Positions 1-14,420 of a stretch of 64,000 nt of DNA are shown here, piece after piece. The DNA is from Paraspadella gotoi. Taxonomy: Eukaryota > Animalia > Chaetognatha. The DNA lies in assembly GCA_051294375.1 (NCBI GenBank), contig CM119263.1, forward strand, positions 16,551,802 through 16,615,801, written 5' to 3'. The notes beneath the pieces are model-generated. The model was not told the DNA's origin, searched no databases, and saw only the letters and a list, made by a program, of their open reading frames with translations. The stretch's first letter is position 1. The number at the start of each line of letters is the position of its first letter. A program made the position numbers and the translations under genes.

Positions 1-3000
1 CCGAGGCTCAAGGGAAAGGCGCCAGAGAGTCTCACCCGGGTAAGTTTGGGGTGGGGGACAAGTAGGGGAGGGCCGGGTGAGAAAGGTGGGGAGGGAAAGA
101 GAGCGTGAAGCTGGAGTCGTGAATTCGATTGGTTGTTTCTTCGCTCGAGTGATTAAAACTGAGGTGAGAGAATCGGCGATTAATCGTCGTCGTCGTCGTT
201 GTCGTTCATGGATGTCATTCTTGTCTTGAGTTCAACTTTGACGCTACAATCACGAATCCGCTCGAGCGAAAGAAAAGTCAAAAAAATATACATCTCGAAA
301 AGGCGATGATATAATTGTGCATTTACAATGGTCACATGTGCGCGTCTTTATTCGAAATAATAAATAACTTGGCTTACCTGTTTGCGTTTTCAATGCCAAT
401 TGAAGCGGAACGTAGGAAATTGGGAGATCGAGCATGGAAGGAGAATGAAGGGAAAAAGGAGAAAACAATTGGCTTCATTAGATTCGTTGTCTTTCGTTAG
501 AACATAATCGTAAACGTAAGCACAATCAGAAACATAATCAGAAATAAAATCTCAACTCAGCCATCCTTTAACCACGAACGGACCCCTTTTTTTTTTCTAA
601 AAAAAAATAATGTCAATAAAAATTCAAATTATTTAAAAAAAAAAAAAGAAGTTTTTCCGCGATTGGGCCAATTTGTGGTTTCGAGCCTCCACAGTGATAA
701 AGTCACAAAAGTTTTCGTCGTAAATCTAATCACAGAATCGCCTGATTTCTCCGATCCTCCTGACGATTCGCCCTATAACCGGATCGTCGTCGTCGAATGC
801 ACTCGGCGCACTGCTTAGCAACCAAAATAAATACTTACCGGAGAAAAATATAAGAAAATGGCCGGGAAAAGTGCAACAAATTCATCAGAGGAGGAACAGG
901 CGCGCGTTACGCGATTGTTGCACTCATTCCTTTCTCTCTTTCTCTTTCTCTTTCTCTCTCTCTTCCTCTCTCTCTCTCTCTCTCCTCTCTCTTCTCTCAT
1001 CTCTCCTCCTCTCTCTCTCTCTCGTGCGTACCTCGTACTTTCGTCAGATCGCTAGAACAATTTTTTTTTTTATCTTCCTCGAGAAAAAAAAAAAAAACTT
1101 TTCTCCCCCTTCTCCTCTACCAGCCCCCTCCATCCATCGCTGGGTGGGTCCAAATTTTGTTTACCTCGAAATGGGCACTCGCCGTGCAGTCAATCAATCA
1201 ATCAAGAAGCGCGAAACTTTGATTTCGGCCGAATTCACGAAAAAAAGAATTCGTTGGGGATGGGTTATGACGGTGTCGGGTAATAAGTTTCTTTCACCTG
1301 ATTGTATTTATATCCGTTAATAGGGAAGGTTAATCAACGTGAGTTTTAAAGTTATATATACATTTTTACGTCATTATTAAGCATAGATTACATTATATCA
1401 AAGCGAGAGCACATAAAGCCGTCAGTCGTTTTAGCGCAGGGCCTCCGTAAAATAAACCTATGCTCAGACCTTCGCTTGAACCGCCTGAAAACCAAACCGA
1501 CAAAAGCCGCAAGTTCCTTTGTTTTCCATTCTTATTTTAAATACATTTCGCCGATTTGATGGGCCGCGTTTGTTTCGCCGGCAATTTTTTTTTTTTTAAT
1601 GCAAAATCAGTTCCGGTTCGCCCCATAAAGTTAAGTCTAGTTCCGCCGACGTTAGTCGGTAGAGTCAAGCGTCCGATTGGCGCAGAGATAGAAAGATCGA
1701 CGCTTGATTGGTTAAAAATTCCCGAAATTCGATTTGTCGAACACCTCGTCCATCTCGACCGATAGACTGGGCGACTAGTCAAAAAAAAGGGACGCCTACA
1801 ATTTTACTTGGCTACATTTTTTTCTCTTCAGAGGAAAAAAAAACTTTTTTTTTAATCGCGAATGTTTTTGTTTTACACTTTTTAACATTTTCTCCATCGT
1901 TTCCCGCATCTCATTCACAATCTCTCTCCCTCTTCCCATCTGCCCCTCTCCCCATCAACAAAGCTTCCCTTGGGACTGGTAAACTTTTGGCAGATGAGAT
2001 TTCATTAGTCTGTAATCAAAAGGAAAAAAAGGCATAAGATGAGGAAGAGAACTGCTTTTTATTGGTACTTAAAGGGAAATGAAAACGGAAATAAAGAATA
2101 ATAACATAAAAAAAAAAAAACAACTTTTATAAAAAATCATAACGAGGAAAATAATGCTTGAAAGATACGACGATAAAAAAAGAGAAACTTACAGGGTGGA
2201 ATAAATTAAAGAAATAACCTCAGGAAACTTGATATAAAAATGGTAAGCAAATAAATAATAAAAAAATACCGAACAAAATAAATGAAAAAAAAAAGAAATA
2301 AAGAAGGGAAAAGTGAAAGGAAAAGCAGAGAGGCCAAGGAAGCCGACGCCCGCGGATGTTTTGGGAAGAAGCATCTCTTGAAGACCAAAGGCCCGTCCCT
2401 CCGCCCCCCCCCGCTTTTCTCCGAAGCAGAAGAAAGAATGAAATATGTAACTCGGCCGCGGAGTAACCGACTCGCGGTCGACGAGGTAGAGATCGATTTT
2501 CTTTTCATTTTTTCCCACTTTTTCTCAATGTAATTCGAATCGGGTTGCGACGTTTGCGGGGAGAGCAGAGAATCACCTTAACCGATTTGAGAAAGAGAAA
2601 AACTGAAAAAAAGGCCGCTCGTCTCTTTTTGTAGAAGACTTGGCGAGATCTTTCAAAAAGATTGCGCGACTGCTTCACAACGAGCGATGACTTTTCAAGC
2701 GCAGGAGCTCATTCATAAGTCTTTCAATGAGAGAGTCAAAGAAAGTTTGTTCAATGGCGTAAGAAAGATAAGGTAAGAAAGCTAATTTTGCCAAAACGGT
2801 TGGCAATATTTTAAGCATTAGTCTGAACACTTTTATCTGAGTTTACAGTCGTACGGTCTGTGTTTTGATGGTAAGATCGATTATCATCATTCTCTGACAG
2901 AAAAAAGACTGCTGGGTATATATGTGGCGTTCAAAACCTACATATATGTCCTGCTTGAACTACTGACGTAATTAATCTCTTACTCACTTTAAAATCTATA

Positions 3001-3199
3001 ACTTTTTAATCACAAACAACGATGAACAAAGATTCCAGCCCCGGGAAAAAAGGAGTGAGCTCGCACAAACTTAATTCCCAAGGCGTCGGCGTTTATGAGG
3101 AAGAGCGCGATTATTATCGCGTGGGCAGTTACAGGTAAATAACTACCCAACCATGAAATATGGTGCGTGGGTTTTTTTTTTTAATTTTTGAAAGGACCA

Positions 3200-3273
<74 letters not shown>

Positions 3274-3575
3274 GAGAGAGAAGAGGGTGAACATGCGGTG
3301 GCCAGAAATGAGAAGGCCAACCCTTAGAGATCGACTCCGATGTGGTCAATCGACTCGAGAGGGTTTCCCCCACGAAGTCTTCGAGGCCCACACACTCCTT
3401 GGTGGTGGGTGCTGCCCGGCTGGAGGTCAGAAGTGGGTGGGGCGTCTTGGGGTGGGCGTTGCCTTTTGCGCTTTTCTGAAAATCGAGCGTGGTGGTCGCT
3501 TTCAAAAATAGAAAAAAGATTTGATCAAATGAAAAACCGAGGCTATATTATGATTTAATTTTAAATTCGTCATTG

Positions 3576-4093
3576 AATTCTCTTCTCTAATTTTCTCTTC
3601 TCTTTTCTCAACTTTTCTTTCACTCTAACTTTCTTCTCTAATTTTCTCTTCTCTTTTCTCAACTTTTCTTTCAGTCTCACTCTCTTTTCTAATTTTCTCT
3701 TCTCTTTTCTCAACTTTTCTTTCACTCTCACTTTCTTCTCTAATTTTCTCTTCTCTTTTCTCAACTTTTTTTCACTCTCACTTTCTTCTATAATTTTCTC
3801 TTCTCTTTTCTCAACTTTTCTTTCACTCTCACTTTCTTCTCTAATTTTCTCAATTCTTTTCTCAACTTTTCTTTCACTCTCACTCTCTTTTCTAATTTTC
3901 TCAACTCTTTTTTCAACTTTTCTCTCACTCTCACTCTCTTTTCTAATTTTCTTTTCTCTTTTCTCAACTTTTCTTTCACTCTCACTCTTTTTTCTAATTT
4001 TCTCTTCTCTTTCCTCAACTTTTCTTTCACTTTCACTCTCTTTTCTAATTTTCTCTTCTCTTTTCTCAACTTTTCTTTTACTCTCACTCTCTT
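3576..4093. repeat. 51-bp minisatellite, about 10 units (duplicated at ~9150-9655)
   Basis: Unit approx. CTCTAATTTTCTCTTCTCTTTTCTCAACTTTTCTTTCACTCTCACTTTCTT, recurring at 3585, 3636 and onward. The minus strand reads as 17-aa KEKLRKEKRKLEKKVRV repeats. Confidence 0.9.
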
Positions 4094-4585
4094 CCCAGGT
4101 TCATCAACTCGATCTAGTTTCTGGTTTATCCACGTCGTCGTTGTTGTTGTTATTTTTGTTGTTATGTGGTCGTTATCCGATGAGAAACGAGTTTCGCGTC
4201 GTTGACGGATTCAAGGTAGAATCTTCGGAGTCGTCGTCGTCGTCGTCGTTGTTGTTGTTGTCGTTTTTGAGGCCGAAAAGGCGCGACCCTTCTGGCCCAA
4301 AGACGTCGGGGCTCGCGTTTCCTGTATATATAATATATATAATATATATATACTATATAGCGTCTATACGGCTCTTGATCTTGCATATATTGTCATCTTG
4401 TATGTTAAGAAATTGAGCAGCAAATGAACACGTGTAATTAGGTTATTAAGATTTAACTGTTTACCATGTAATGAATTCGATGAGATTTCGATCTAAATAT
4501 CTTTACAATAACTGGAGAGTCAATGAAACACGTCACGTGATCTCCCGAGCAAAAATCTTGGTCGCGAGGTGAAGACGCAACGAGA

Positions 4586-4730
4586 GTCTTCGTCTTCGCC
4601 TTCGTCTTCGTCTTCGTCTTCGTCTTCGTCTTCGCCTTCGTCTTCGCCTTCGTCTTCGTCTTCGTCTTCGTCTTCGTCTTCGCCTTCGCCTTCGTCTTTG
4701 TCTTCGCCTTTTCCTTCGCCTTCGTCTTCG
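4586..4730. repeat. (CTTCGT/CTTCGC)n hexamer repeat (duplicated at ~10150-10290)
   Basis: Directly visible; source of the poly-ED, poly-TK and poly-R ORFs in the track. Confidence 0.9.
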
Positions 4731-5671
4731 CATTCCGACTTCGCGGTCGAAGGAAAGGAATGCGTCTTCGGCCGAAGCGACGAGGAGTTGGGATGGTCTG
4801 CGGCGGACCCGCGGATCGGCGAAGAGTCAAAAGGGGGCGCGAAGACGTTCGATCGGAAGGGAGGGGGGGAGGTAAGTAGGAACAGGGGGGGCATTTATAA
4901 TAAGTAAAGGTGGGCGGAAGGATTAAAGGTCTTTTTGTGGGCAAATGATGAGACGAAGGCGGACGTTGACGGCAGCTGGAAATCGTCGTCTTCCGCGTTG
5001 TTGTTGTTGTTGTGGTTCTTATTTTGTGGTTGGCCAATTATTATTCGACTGAGCGATCGAAATCCATTATCGAATTCTCGAAAACCGCAAAACTCGCGAA
5101 TTGAGAAGTGGACGTCTCTCGCATTCTTAAGATTCGTGCAACGAGATGAGCTGTTAAACGGTTTTATGACCACTCGATATGTATAAGCGGTTAAGAATCA
5201 TCCTTGCGAAAATTCTGGATCACTTCTTTTTTTTGGTTTTAAACTTCACGATCGGACGAATCGATTCCTCACACACACCCTCTCCAGTCTCCACTCCCCC
5301 TTCCACTTCTGTTTTATTTCTTATCTCTTTTTCCAAATCTCCGCTTTTATTTCCTCATCGTCAATTAACAAATTAGCTCCGGACAAGAGACATAATACGG
5401 TTTTAAGGGGAAGCGTGGATACAATTTTTTTTCCGGGACTGGCCGAAGCAGGAGAAACTTCATCCAGAATGGAGCTCGCAAAGGAGAGGCAGCGCGGGGC
5501 AAGCACGAAGCCGACAAGGCACGCAAAGTAACCAATAAAGCCAAAAGAAGAAGGGAGAAGAAAAAGGCAAAGATATTCCACGAGAGGAGAGAAAAAAAAG
5601 AGAAAGAAAGAAAGAAGCTTTCTTCGCTTTTTTTTTTCTGCTTTTCGTGAGCAAAGTTCGAACGAAGGAGC

Positions 5672-5756
<85 letters not shown>

Positions 5757-8700
5757 TTGGGCGTTTAGGTCATGCGACCAACGTTGGTCGTCGTCGTCGT
5801 CGTTGCCGCAAAACCGTCGCCGTCGTCGTCGTCGTCGTCCTCGAAAGTCTTATCCATGTTTACGTCCGGCGATCTGCGTCGTTCAGAATCAAAAAAAAAA
5901 AAAAAAAAAAATTGCGATTTCATGGGGAAATGTATATTTCGTAATATCGTTCGGTAAACATAATCGCCTTCGAAAGCATGAATCGCCGGAGCTATTTCTA
6001 TCGCGCGGCGTAATACTTAACGGAGGAAGCTACATTTAATTTTATCTTCCTCGTCAATTTCGTCATCATCGATGGAACGATCGTCAATGTTCGCCCTCGG
6101 CCACTCGTTATCTCCGTCGTTATCGTCGTCGTCGTCTTTTTCCAGAGCACGCGCCTCACTTATCCTTTGTCGTCGTCCTCATTGAATTTGGCCCCAAAAA
6201 ATTCCACACACAAAAAAAAAAAAAAAAAAGGGCCAATTTGTGGTTTCGAGCCTCCACAGTGATAAAGTCACAAAAGTTTTCGTCGTAAATCTAATCACAG
6301 AATCGCCTGAATTTCTCCGATCCTCCTGACGATTCGCCCTTATAACCGGATCGTCGTCGTCGAATGCACTCGCGCACTGCTTAGCAACCAAAATAAATAC
6401 TTACCGGAGAAAAAAAAAAAAGGCCGGAAAAGTGCAACAAATCATCAGAGGAGGAACAGGCGCGCGTTACGCGATTGTTGCACTCATTCCTTTCTCTCTT
6501 TCTCTTTCTCTCTTCTCTCTTCTCTCTCTCTCGTCTCTCTCTCTCTCCTCTCATTCATCTCTCTCTCTCTCTCTCTCTCTCTCGCGTACCCTGTACTTTC
6601 GTCAGATCGTAGACAATTTTTTTTTATCATTCCTCGGAGAAAAAAAAAACTTTTCTCCCCCTTCTCCTCATACCAGCCCCTCCATCCATCGCTGGGTGGG
6701 TCCAAATTTTGTTTACCTCGAATGGGCACTCGCGTGCAGTCAATCAATCAATCAAGAAGCGCGAAACTTTGATTTCGGCCGAATTCACGAAAAAAAAAAT
6801 TCGTTGGGGATGGGTTATGACGGTGTCGGTAATAAGTTTCTTTCACCTGATTGTATTTATACTCCGTTAATAGGGAAGGTTAATCAACGGAGTTTTAAAG
6901 TTATATATACATTTTTACGTCATTATTTAGTGCATAGATTACATTATATCAAAAGCGATGAGCACAGAAAAGCCGTCTAGTCGTTTTAGCGCAGGGCCTC
7001 CGTAAAAAATAAAACCTATTCTCAAGACCTTCGCTTGAACCGCCTGAAAAACCAAACCGACAAAAGCCGCAAGTTCCTTTGTTTTCCATTCTTATTTAAA
7101 ATACATTTCAGCCGATTTGATGGGCCGCGTTTGTTTCGCCGGCAATTTTTTTTTTTTTTAATGCAAAATCAGTTCCGTTCGCCCATAAAGTTAAGTCTAG
7201 TTCCGCCGACGTTAGTCGGTAGAGTCAAGCGTCGATTGGCGCAGAGATAGAAAGATCGCCGCTTGATTGGTTAAAATTCCCGAAAATTCGATTGTCGAAC
7301 ACCTCGTCCATCTCGACCGATAGACTGGGCGACTAGTCAAAAAAAAGGGACGCCTACAATTTTTACTTGGCTACATTTTTTTCTCTTCAGAGGAAAAAAA
7401 AACCTTTTTTTTTAATCGCGATGTTTTTGTTTACACTTTTTAACATTTTCTCCATCGTTTCCCGCATCTCATTCAGCAATCTCTCTCCCTCTTCCATTGC
7501 CCCTCTCCCCATCAACAAAGCTTCCCTTGGGACTGGTAAACTTTTGGCAGATGAGATTTCATTAGTCTGTAATCAAAAGGAAAAAAAGGCATAAGATGAG
7601 GAAGAGAACTGCTTTTTTGGTACTTAAAGGGAAAATGAAAACGGAAATAAAGAATAATAACATAAAAAAAAAAAAACAACTTTTATAAAAAATCATAACG
7701 AGGAAAATAATGCTTGAAAGATACGACGATAAAAAAAGAGAAACTTACAGGTGGAATAAATTAAAGAAATAACCTCAGGAAACTTGATATAAAAAATGGT
7801 AAGCAAATAAATAATAAAAAAATACCGAACAAAATAAATGAAAAAAAAAGAAATAAAGAAGGGAAAAGTGAAAGGAAAAGCAGAGAGGCCAAGGAAGCCG
7901 ACGCCCGCGGATGTTTTGGGAAGAAGCATCTCTTGAAGACCAAAGGCCCGTCCCTCCGCCCCCCCCCCCGCTTTTCTCCGAAGCAGAAGAAAGAATGAAA
8001 TATGTAACTCGGCCGCGGAGGTAACCGACTCGCGTCGACGAGGTAGAGATCGATTTTCTTTTCATTTTTTCCCACTTTTTCTCAATGTAATTCGAATCGG
8101 GTTGCGACGTTTGCGGGAGAGCAGAGAATCACCTTAACCGATTTGAGAAAGAGAAAAACTGAAAAAAAGGCCGCTCGTCTCTTTTTGTAGAAGACTTGGC
8201 GAGATCTTTCAAAAAGATTGCGCGACTGCTTCACAACGAGCGATGACTTTTCAAGGCGCAGGAGCTCATTCATAAGTTTTCAATGAGAGAGTCAAAGAAA
8301 GTTTGGTTCAATGGCGTAAGAAAGATAAGGTTAAGAAAGCTAATTTTGCAAAAACGGTTGGCAATATTTTAAGCATTAGTCCTGAACACTTTTATCTGAG
8401 TTTACAGTCGTACGGTCTGTGTTTTGATGGTAAGATCGATTATCATCATTCTCTGACAGAAAAAAGACTGCTGGGTATATATGTGGCGTTCAAAACCTAC
8501 ATATATGTCCTGCTTGAACTACTGACGTAATTAATCTCTTACTCACTTTAAAATCTATAACTTTTTAATCACAAACAACGATGAACAAAGATTCCAGCCC
8601 CGGGAAAAAAGGAGTGAGCTCGCACAAACTTAATTCCCAAGGCGTTCGGACGTTTATGAGGAAGAGCGCGATTATTATCGCGTGGGCAGTTACAGGTAAA

Positions 8701-8761
8701 AACTACCAAACCATGAAATATGGTGGCGTGGGTTTTTTTTTAATTTTTGAAAAGGACCAAG

Positions 8762-8827
<66 letters not shown>

Positions 8828-11221
8828 GAGACAGAGCAGAGAGAGAGAGAGAGAGAGAAGAGGGTGAACAATGCGGTGGCCAGAAATGAGAAGGCCAACC
8901 CTTAGAGATCGACTCCGATGTGGTCAATCGACTCGAGAGGGTTTCCCCACGAAGTCTTCGAGGCCCACACACTCCTTGGTGGTGGGTGCTGCCCGGCTGG
9001 AGTCAGAAGTGGGTGGGGCGTCTTGGGGTGGCGTTGCCTTTTGCGCTTTTCTGAAAATCGAGCGTGGTGGTCGCTTTCAAAAATAGAAAAAGATTTGATC
9101 AAATGAAAAACCGAGGCTATATTATGATTTAATTTTAAAATTCGTCATTGAATTCTCTTCTCTAATTTTCCTTCTCTTTTCTCAACTTTTCTTTCACTCT
9201 AACTTTCTTCTCTAATTTTCTCTTTCTTCTCAACTTTTCTTTCAGTCTCACTCTCTTTCTAATTTTCTCTTCTCTTTTCTCAACTTTTCTTTCACTCTCA
9301 CTTTCTTCTCTAATTTTCTCTCTCTTTTCTCAACTTTTTTCACTCTCACTTTCTCTATAATTTTCTCTTCTCTTTTCTCAACTTTTCTTTCACTCTCACT
9401 TTCTTCTCTAATTTTCTCAATTCTTTTCTCAACTTTCTTTCACTCTCACTCTCTTTCTAATTTTCTCAACTCTTTTTTTCAACTTTTCTCTCACTCTCAA
9501 CTCTCTTTTCTAATTTTCTTTCTCTTTTCTCAACTTTTCTTTCACTCTCACTCTTTTTTCTAATTTTCTCTTCTCTTTCCTCAACTTTTCTTTCACTTTC
9601 ACTCTCTTTCTAATTTTCTCTCTTTTTCTTCAACTTTTCTTTTACTCTCACTCTCTTCCCAGGTTCATCAACTCGATCTAGTTTCTGGTTTATCCACGTC
9701 GTCGTTGTTGTTGTTATTTTTGTTGTTATGTGGTCGTTATCCGATGAGAACGAGTTTCGCGTCGTTGACGGATTTCAAGGTAGAATCTTCGGAGTCGTCG
9801 TCGTGTCGTCGTTGTTGTTGTTGTCGTTTTTGAGGCCGAAAAGGCGCGACCCTCTGGCCCAAAGACGTCGGGGCTCGCGTTTCCTGTATATATAATATAT
9901 ATAATATATATATACTATATAGCGTCTATACGGCTCTTGATCTTGCATATATTGTCATCTTGTATGTTAAGAAATTGAGCAGCAAATGAAACACGTGTAA
10001 TTAGGTTATTAAGATTTAACTGTTTACCATGTAATGAATTCGATGAGATTTCGATCTAAATATCTTTACAATAACTGGAGAGTCAATGAAACACGTCACG
10101 TGATCTCCGAGCAAAAATCTTGGTCGCGAGGTGAAGAACGCAACGAGAGTCTTCGTCTTCGCCTTCGCTTCGTCTTCGTCTTCGTCTTCGTCTTCGTCTT
10201 CGCCTTCGTCTTCCTTCGTCCTTCGTCTTCGTCTTCGTCTTCGCCTTCGCCTTCGTCTTTGTCATCGCCTTTTCCTTCGCCTTCGTCTTCGCATTCCGAC
10301 TTCGCGGTCGAAGGAAGGAATGCGTCTTCGGCCGAAGCGACGAGGAGTTGGATGGTCTGCGGCGGACCCGCGGATCGGCGAAGAGTCAAAAGGGGGCGCG
10401 AAGACGTTCGATCGGAAGGGAGGGGGGGAGGTAAGTAGGAACAGGGGGGGCATTTATAATAAAGTAAAGGTGGGCGGAAGGATTAAAGGTCTTTTTGTGG
10501 CAAATGATGAGACGAAGCGGACGTGACGGCAGCTGGAAATCGTCGTCTTCCGCGTTGTTGTTGTTGTTGTGGTTCTTATTTTGTGGTTGGCCAATTATTA
10601 TTCGACTGAGCGATCGAAATCCATTATCGAATCTCGGAAAACCGCAAAACTCGCGAATTGAGAAGTGGAACGTCTCTCGCATTCTTAAGATTCGTGCAAC
10701 GAGATGAGCTGTTAAACGGTTTTATGACCACTCGATATGTATAAGCGGTTAAGAATCATCCTTGCGAAAATTCTGGATCACTTCTTTTTTTGGTTTTAAA
10801 CTTCACGATCGGACGAATCGATTCCTCACACACACCCTCTCCAGTCTCCACTCCCCCTTCCACTTCTGTTTTATTTCTTATCTCTTTTTCCAAATCTCCG
10901 CTTTTATTTCCTCATCTTCATAACAAATTAGCTCCGGACAAGAGACATATACGTTTTAAGGGGAGCGTGGATACAATTTTTTTTCCGGGACTGGCCGAAG
11001 CAGGAGAAACTTCATCCAGAATGGAGCTCGCAAAGGAGAGGCAGCGCGGGCAAGCACGAAGCCGACAAGGCACGCAAAGTAACCATAAAGCCAAAAGAAG
11101 AAGGGAGAAGAAAAAGGCAAAGATATTCCACGAGAGGAGAGAAAAAAAAAGAGAAAGAAAGAAAGAAGCTTCTTCGCTTTTTTTTTTCTGCTTTTCGTGA
11201 GCAAAGTTCGAACGAAGGAGC

Positions 11222-11308
<87 letters not shown>

Positions 11309-11781
11309 TTTGGGCGTTTAGGTCTGCGACCAACGTTGGTCGTCGTCGTCGTCGTTGCCGCAAAACCGTCGCCGTCGTCGTCGTCGTCGTCCTCGAAAGT
11401 CTTATCCATGTTTACGTCGGCGATCTGCGTCGTTCAGAATCAAAAAAAAAAAAAAAAAAAAATTGCGATTTCATGGGGAAATGTATATTTTCGTAATATC
11501 GTTCGGTAAACATAATCGCCTTCGAAAGCATGAATCGCCGGAGCTATTTCTATCGCGCGGCGTAATACTTAACGGAGGAAGCTACATTTAATTTTATCTT
11601 CCTCGTCAATTTCGTCATCATCGATGGAACGATCGTCAATGTTCGCCCTCGGCCACTCGTTATCTCCGTCGTTATCGTCGTCGTCGTCGTCTTTTTCCAG
11701 AGCACGCGCCTCACTTATCCTTTGTCGTCGTCCTCATGAATTTGGCCCCAAAAATTCCCACACACAAAAAAAAAAAAAAAA

Positions 11782-11806
11782 NNNNNNNNNNNNNNNNNNN
11801 NNNNNN
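11782..11806. other. Assembly gap (25 N)
   Basis: Run of 25 n characters. Confidence 1.
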
Positions 11807-12486
11807 TCGTTGCTGACCGACAAAAATCTTGACCATCATCAATTTCGCCCGCCCCTTCTCTCCTCGTTCATCGGCGATAACGTCGTCGTCGTCGTCGTCG
11901 TCATCATCATCCACCTCTTCTTCCAAAACCTGTCATTTCCTCCCAATCAATTAATTACCCATCTGCTCCTTAGACTCGTTCAGCGGGATTAATATCGAAC
12001 GAACAGCTGAAAGGAAGTTGTTGTCATTGTTGATGTCGTCGTTGTCGATTATCGTCATCTCGTTCGAGACTGACTCTCGTACGTCATCGTCTTCTTCGTC
12101 GACAACGTCGTCCTCAGCATCTTTTATCTTCATCGTCGTCTTCGTCGTCGTCGTCGTCGCCTCGAAGTTCTGTCGTCTGCTCTCGCTTTGTCTCAAAATC
12201 TTAATCCTCCTCAGCTTTTGACGCGGATTCTTCTCTTTCTTTGCTTTTCCTTTCTTGTCTTGTTTTTATTTCTTTTTTTTTTTTATTCCTAAATTTCATT
12301 TTGGTTTTTTTAATTTACTTCCTTTTTTTTTCGGTTCCATGGTATCGTTATTTGGGAATATGTGTAAATACATCAACTAAAACATTGGAAATGGAGTTTT
12401 GCAATTTAACTTTCTTAAGATGTTACTATCACGCAATCTTCACTGTGCGCGCTCTCGTTCAGAACCCGCGAACAGCTTGGGTGCTG

Positions 12487-12579
<93 letters not shown>

Positions 12580-13347
12580 CTTTCCGTGCTCCAGCCTCTT
12601 TCCCCCCCCCCGAAATAAAAAAAAAGGAAGATCCCGTCGGCGACGTCTTTGTTGTTCCCGACGCCTCGAAAGGAATCGGGGATGAAAACCCTGTTTCGCC
12701 GTCAAGGATCCACATCCCTTCCTCCCCGCCGACTTTGGACCCGGCCCCACTCCTCTTGATCTAAAGAAGACGCCGATAAAGGAATAAAAATTAAAAATTA
12801 ATTTTATAAAGAGTATTTTAACTCGTAACTTTATGGATGTATATAATATACAAGAACTGTACGTATTAAAGTCCAAGGAGTTACACCGAATAAAGTCCAA
12901 CCAAAATATTAAACCGTATAAAATCTTTTAAAAAACTAATTTGCGAAAAAATAAGCTAAACCTTAAAACCTTTCCTTCCTTCTAAACGCGGTTCGCGATT
13001 TCACAGGTCTCGCTTTGAGCGTTTCCTCACGGATCGAACCCGGTTTCTCTCTCTGTCATCGGCTCACGCCGGCACCAACTTCTAAGACCCCCGGGGGCGA
13101 CGCCGTCTTCTCTTCTTTGGTGACGCCGAGAATCTAATGAGATTCCAGGCGGAGCCACGGGGGTTGTTGTTGTTGTTGTTGTTCTTGAGATTGTCGTCTA
13201 TTGACAATCGAGGTCGCAGCGATTATTGAGCGCGTTGTCAGCATATCAACCATCAGCGTCATTATCGTCAACTCCAATATCAGTTCTGAGTCAAAGTTGT
13301 CATCCTAATCCAGCGTCAAAGTCGTCAGTTTACTGTCGTTCAAAAAA

Positions 13348-13466
13348 CGCTGATAAAGGAATTGTCATCTTGGTACTCGTTTCATCTTCTTCATTATCTT
13401 CATCGTCGCTGACAAAGGAATTGTCATCTTTGTACTCGTTTCTTCTTCTTCATTATCGTCATCGTC
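13348..13466. repeat. Two-copy 59-bp tandem duplication
   Basis: CGCTGAYAAAGGAATTGTCATCTTKGTACTCGTTTCWTCTTCTTCATTATC at 13348 and 13407. Confidence 0.85.
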
Positions 13467-13663
13467 ATCGTCACCTTCGTCGTCGCACGCGTCGTGACGA
13501 GATTCACGAAATCCCTCGTCTCGACCTTCGGTCCGAATCCATCACAAGTCCGTGTGAAAGATCATCAAAGGACAATCTTTCTTTCTTACTTTCTTTCTTT
13601 CTTTCTTTCTTTTTTTCTTTCTTTCTTTCTTTCTTTCTGTCTTTTTTTCTTTCTTTCTTTCTC

Positions 13664-13714
<51 letters not shown>

Positions 13715-14367
13715 ATCTATCCTTTTTTATATATTTCTTTCTTTCTTACCTTATGGCTTTTTAAAATTTTTTTATACTCTGTCTCGCTTAAGAATTATGA
13801 CAACTGCCACTATTCTATAAATAGTTTTCAATAACGCGCTTTTATACCCGACTAAATATTGTAATTCACTGACTCATTGTTTTCGATTTTTTACATTCTT
13901 ACGTCAAAAATCAGGAGCTCATCACTACGATTTAAGCTTTCGATCCCCTCGTCCAGGAATGAAGCGAGAGAGAGGACGAGACGAGCGGAAGGAAAGACAG
14001 AAAGAGAAAGCGGAAACGACCAGAGAATATGGAGAGAGAACGGGACGAAAGCAGCCGACGAGAGAGAGAGAGAGAGAGACGATTAACTTTTTTTCAACAT
14101 TGTAGCCTTAGTAATCAGTATGTTATTTTGTCATAGTGAAAAAAGACATCGGGTTTACCTCGGTCTTTTGACCCAGTCGTTTTCCTAAGCCGATTCGCCG
14201 GCCAAAGTCTTTCTTTAAACCTCTTTAAAGAAAACGTCACCCCGAGCGGAGATTTAGCCTTTTTGTAAATACATTTTATTTCATAATGATCTGTGAAGAC
14301 GACGAGGGACGAAAAAGCTTCGAACGTGAGGTCCTTCGAATAAATGGGAGAAAGAGAGAGGGGAGTC

Positions 14368-14420
<53 letters not shown>

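Larger units (their letters stand above)
665..11781. repeat. Head-to-tail tandem duplication, copy 1 = 665-6229, copy 2 = 6230-11781 (probable assembly artefact)
   Basis: Both copies begin GGGCCAATTTGTGGTTTCGAGCC and end CACACAC+poly(A). They are colinear throughout and differ mostly by 1-bp indels. Copy 2 abuts an N gap. Confidence 0.95.

Noticed and set aside
1-45. Possible plus-strand exon end (…CCCGG|GTAAGT at 39/40)
   Set aside because: Only 39 bp are visible, the peptide is unrecognisable and no downstream exon was found.
3576-4093. Regular repeats (here and at 42553-42684) as CRISPR-like arrays
   Set aside because: Units are contiguous without unique spacers, there are no cas genes, and the context is eukaryotic.
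11807-12230. Acidic minus-strand ORFs next to the gap
   Set aside because: Built from (GAC)n repeats, with frames that do not join.
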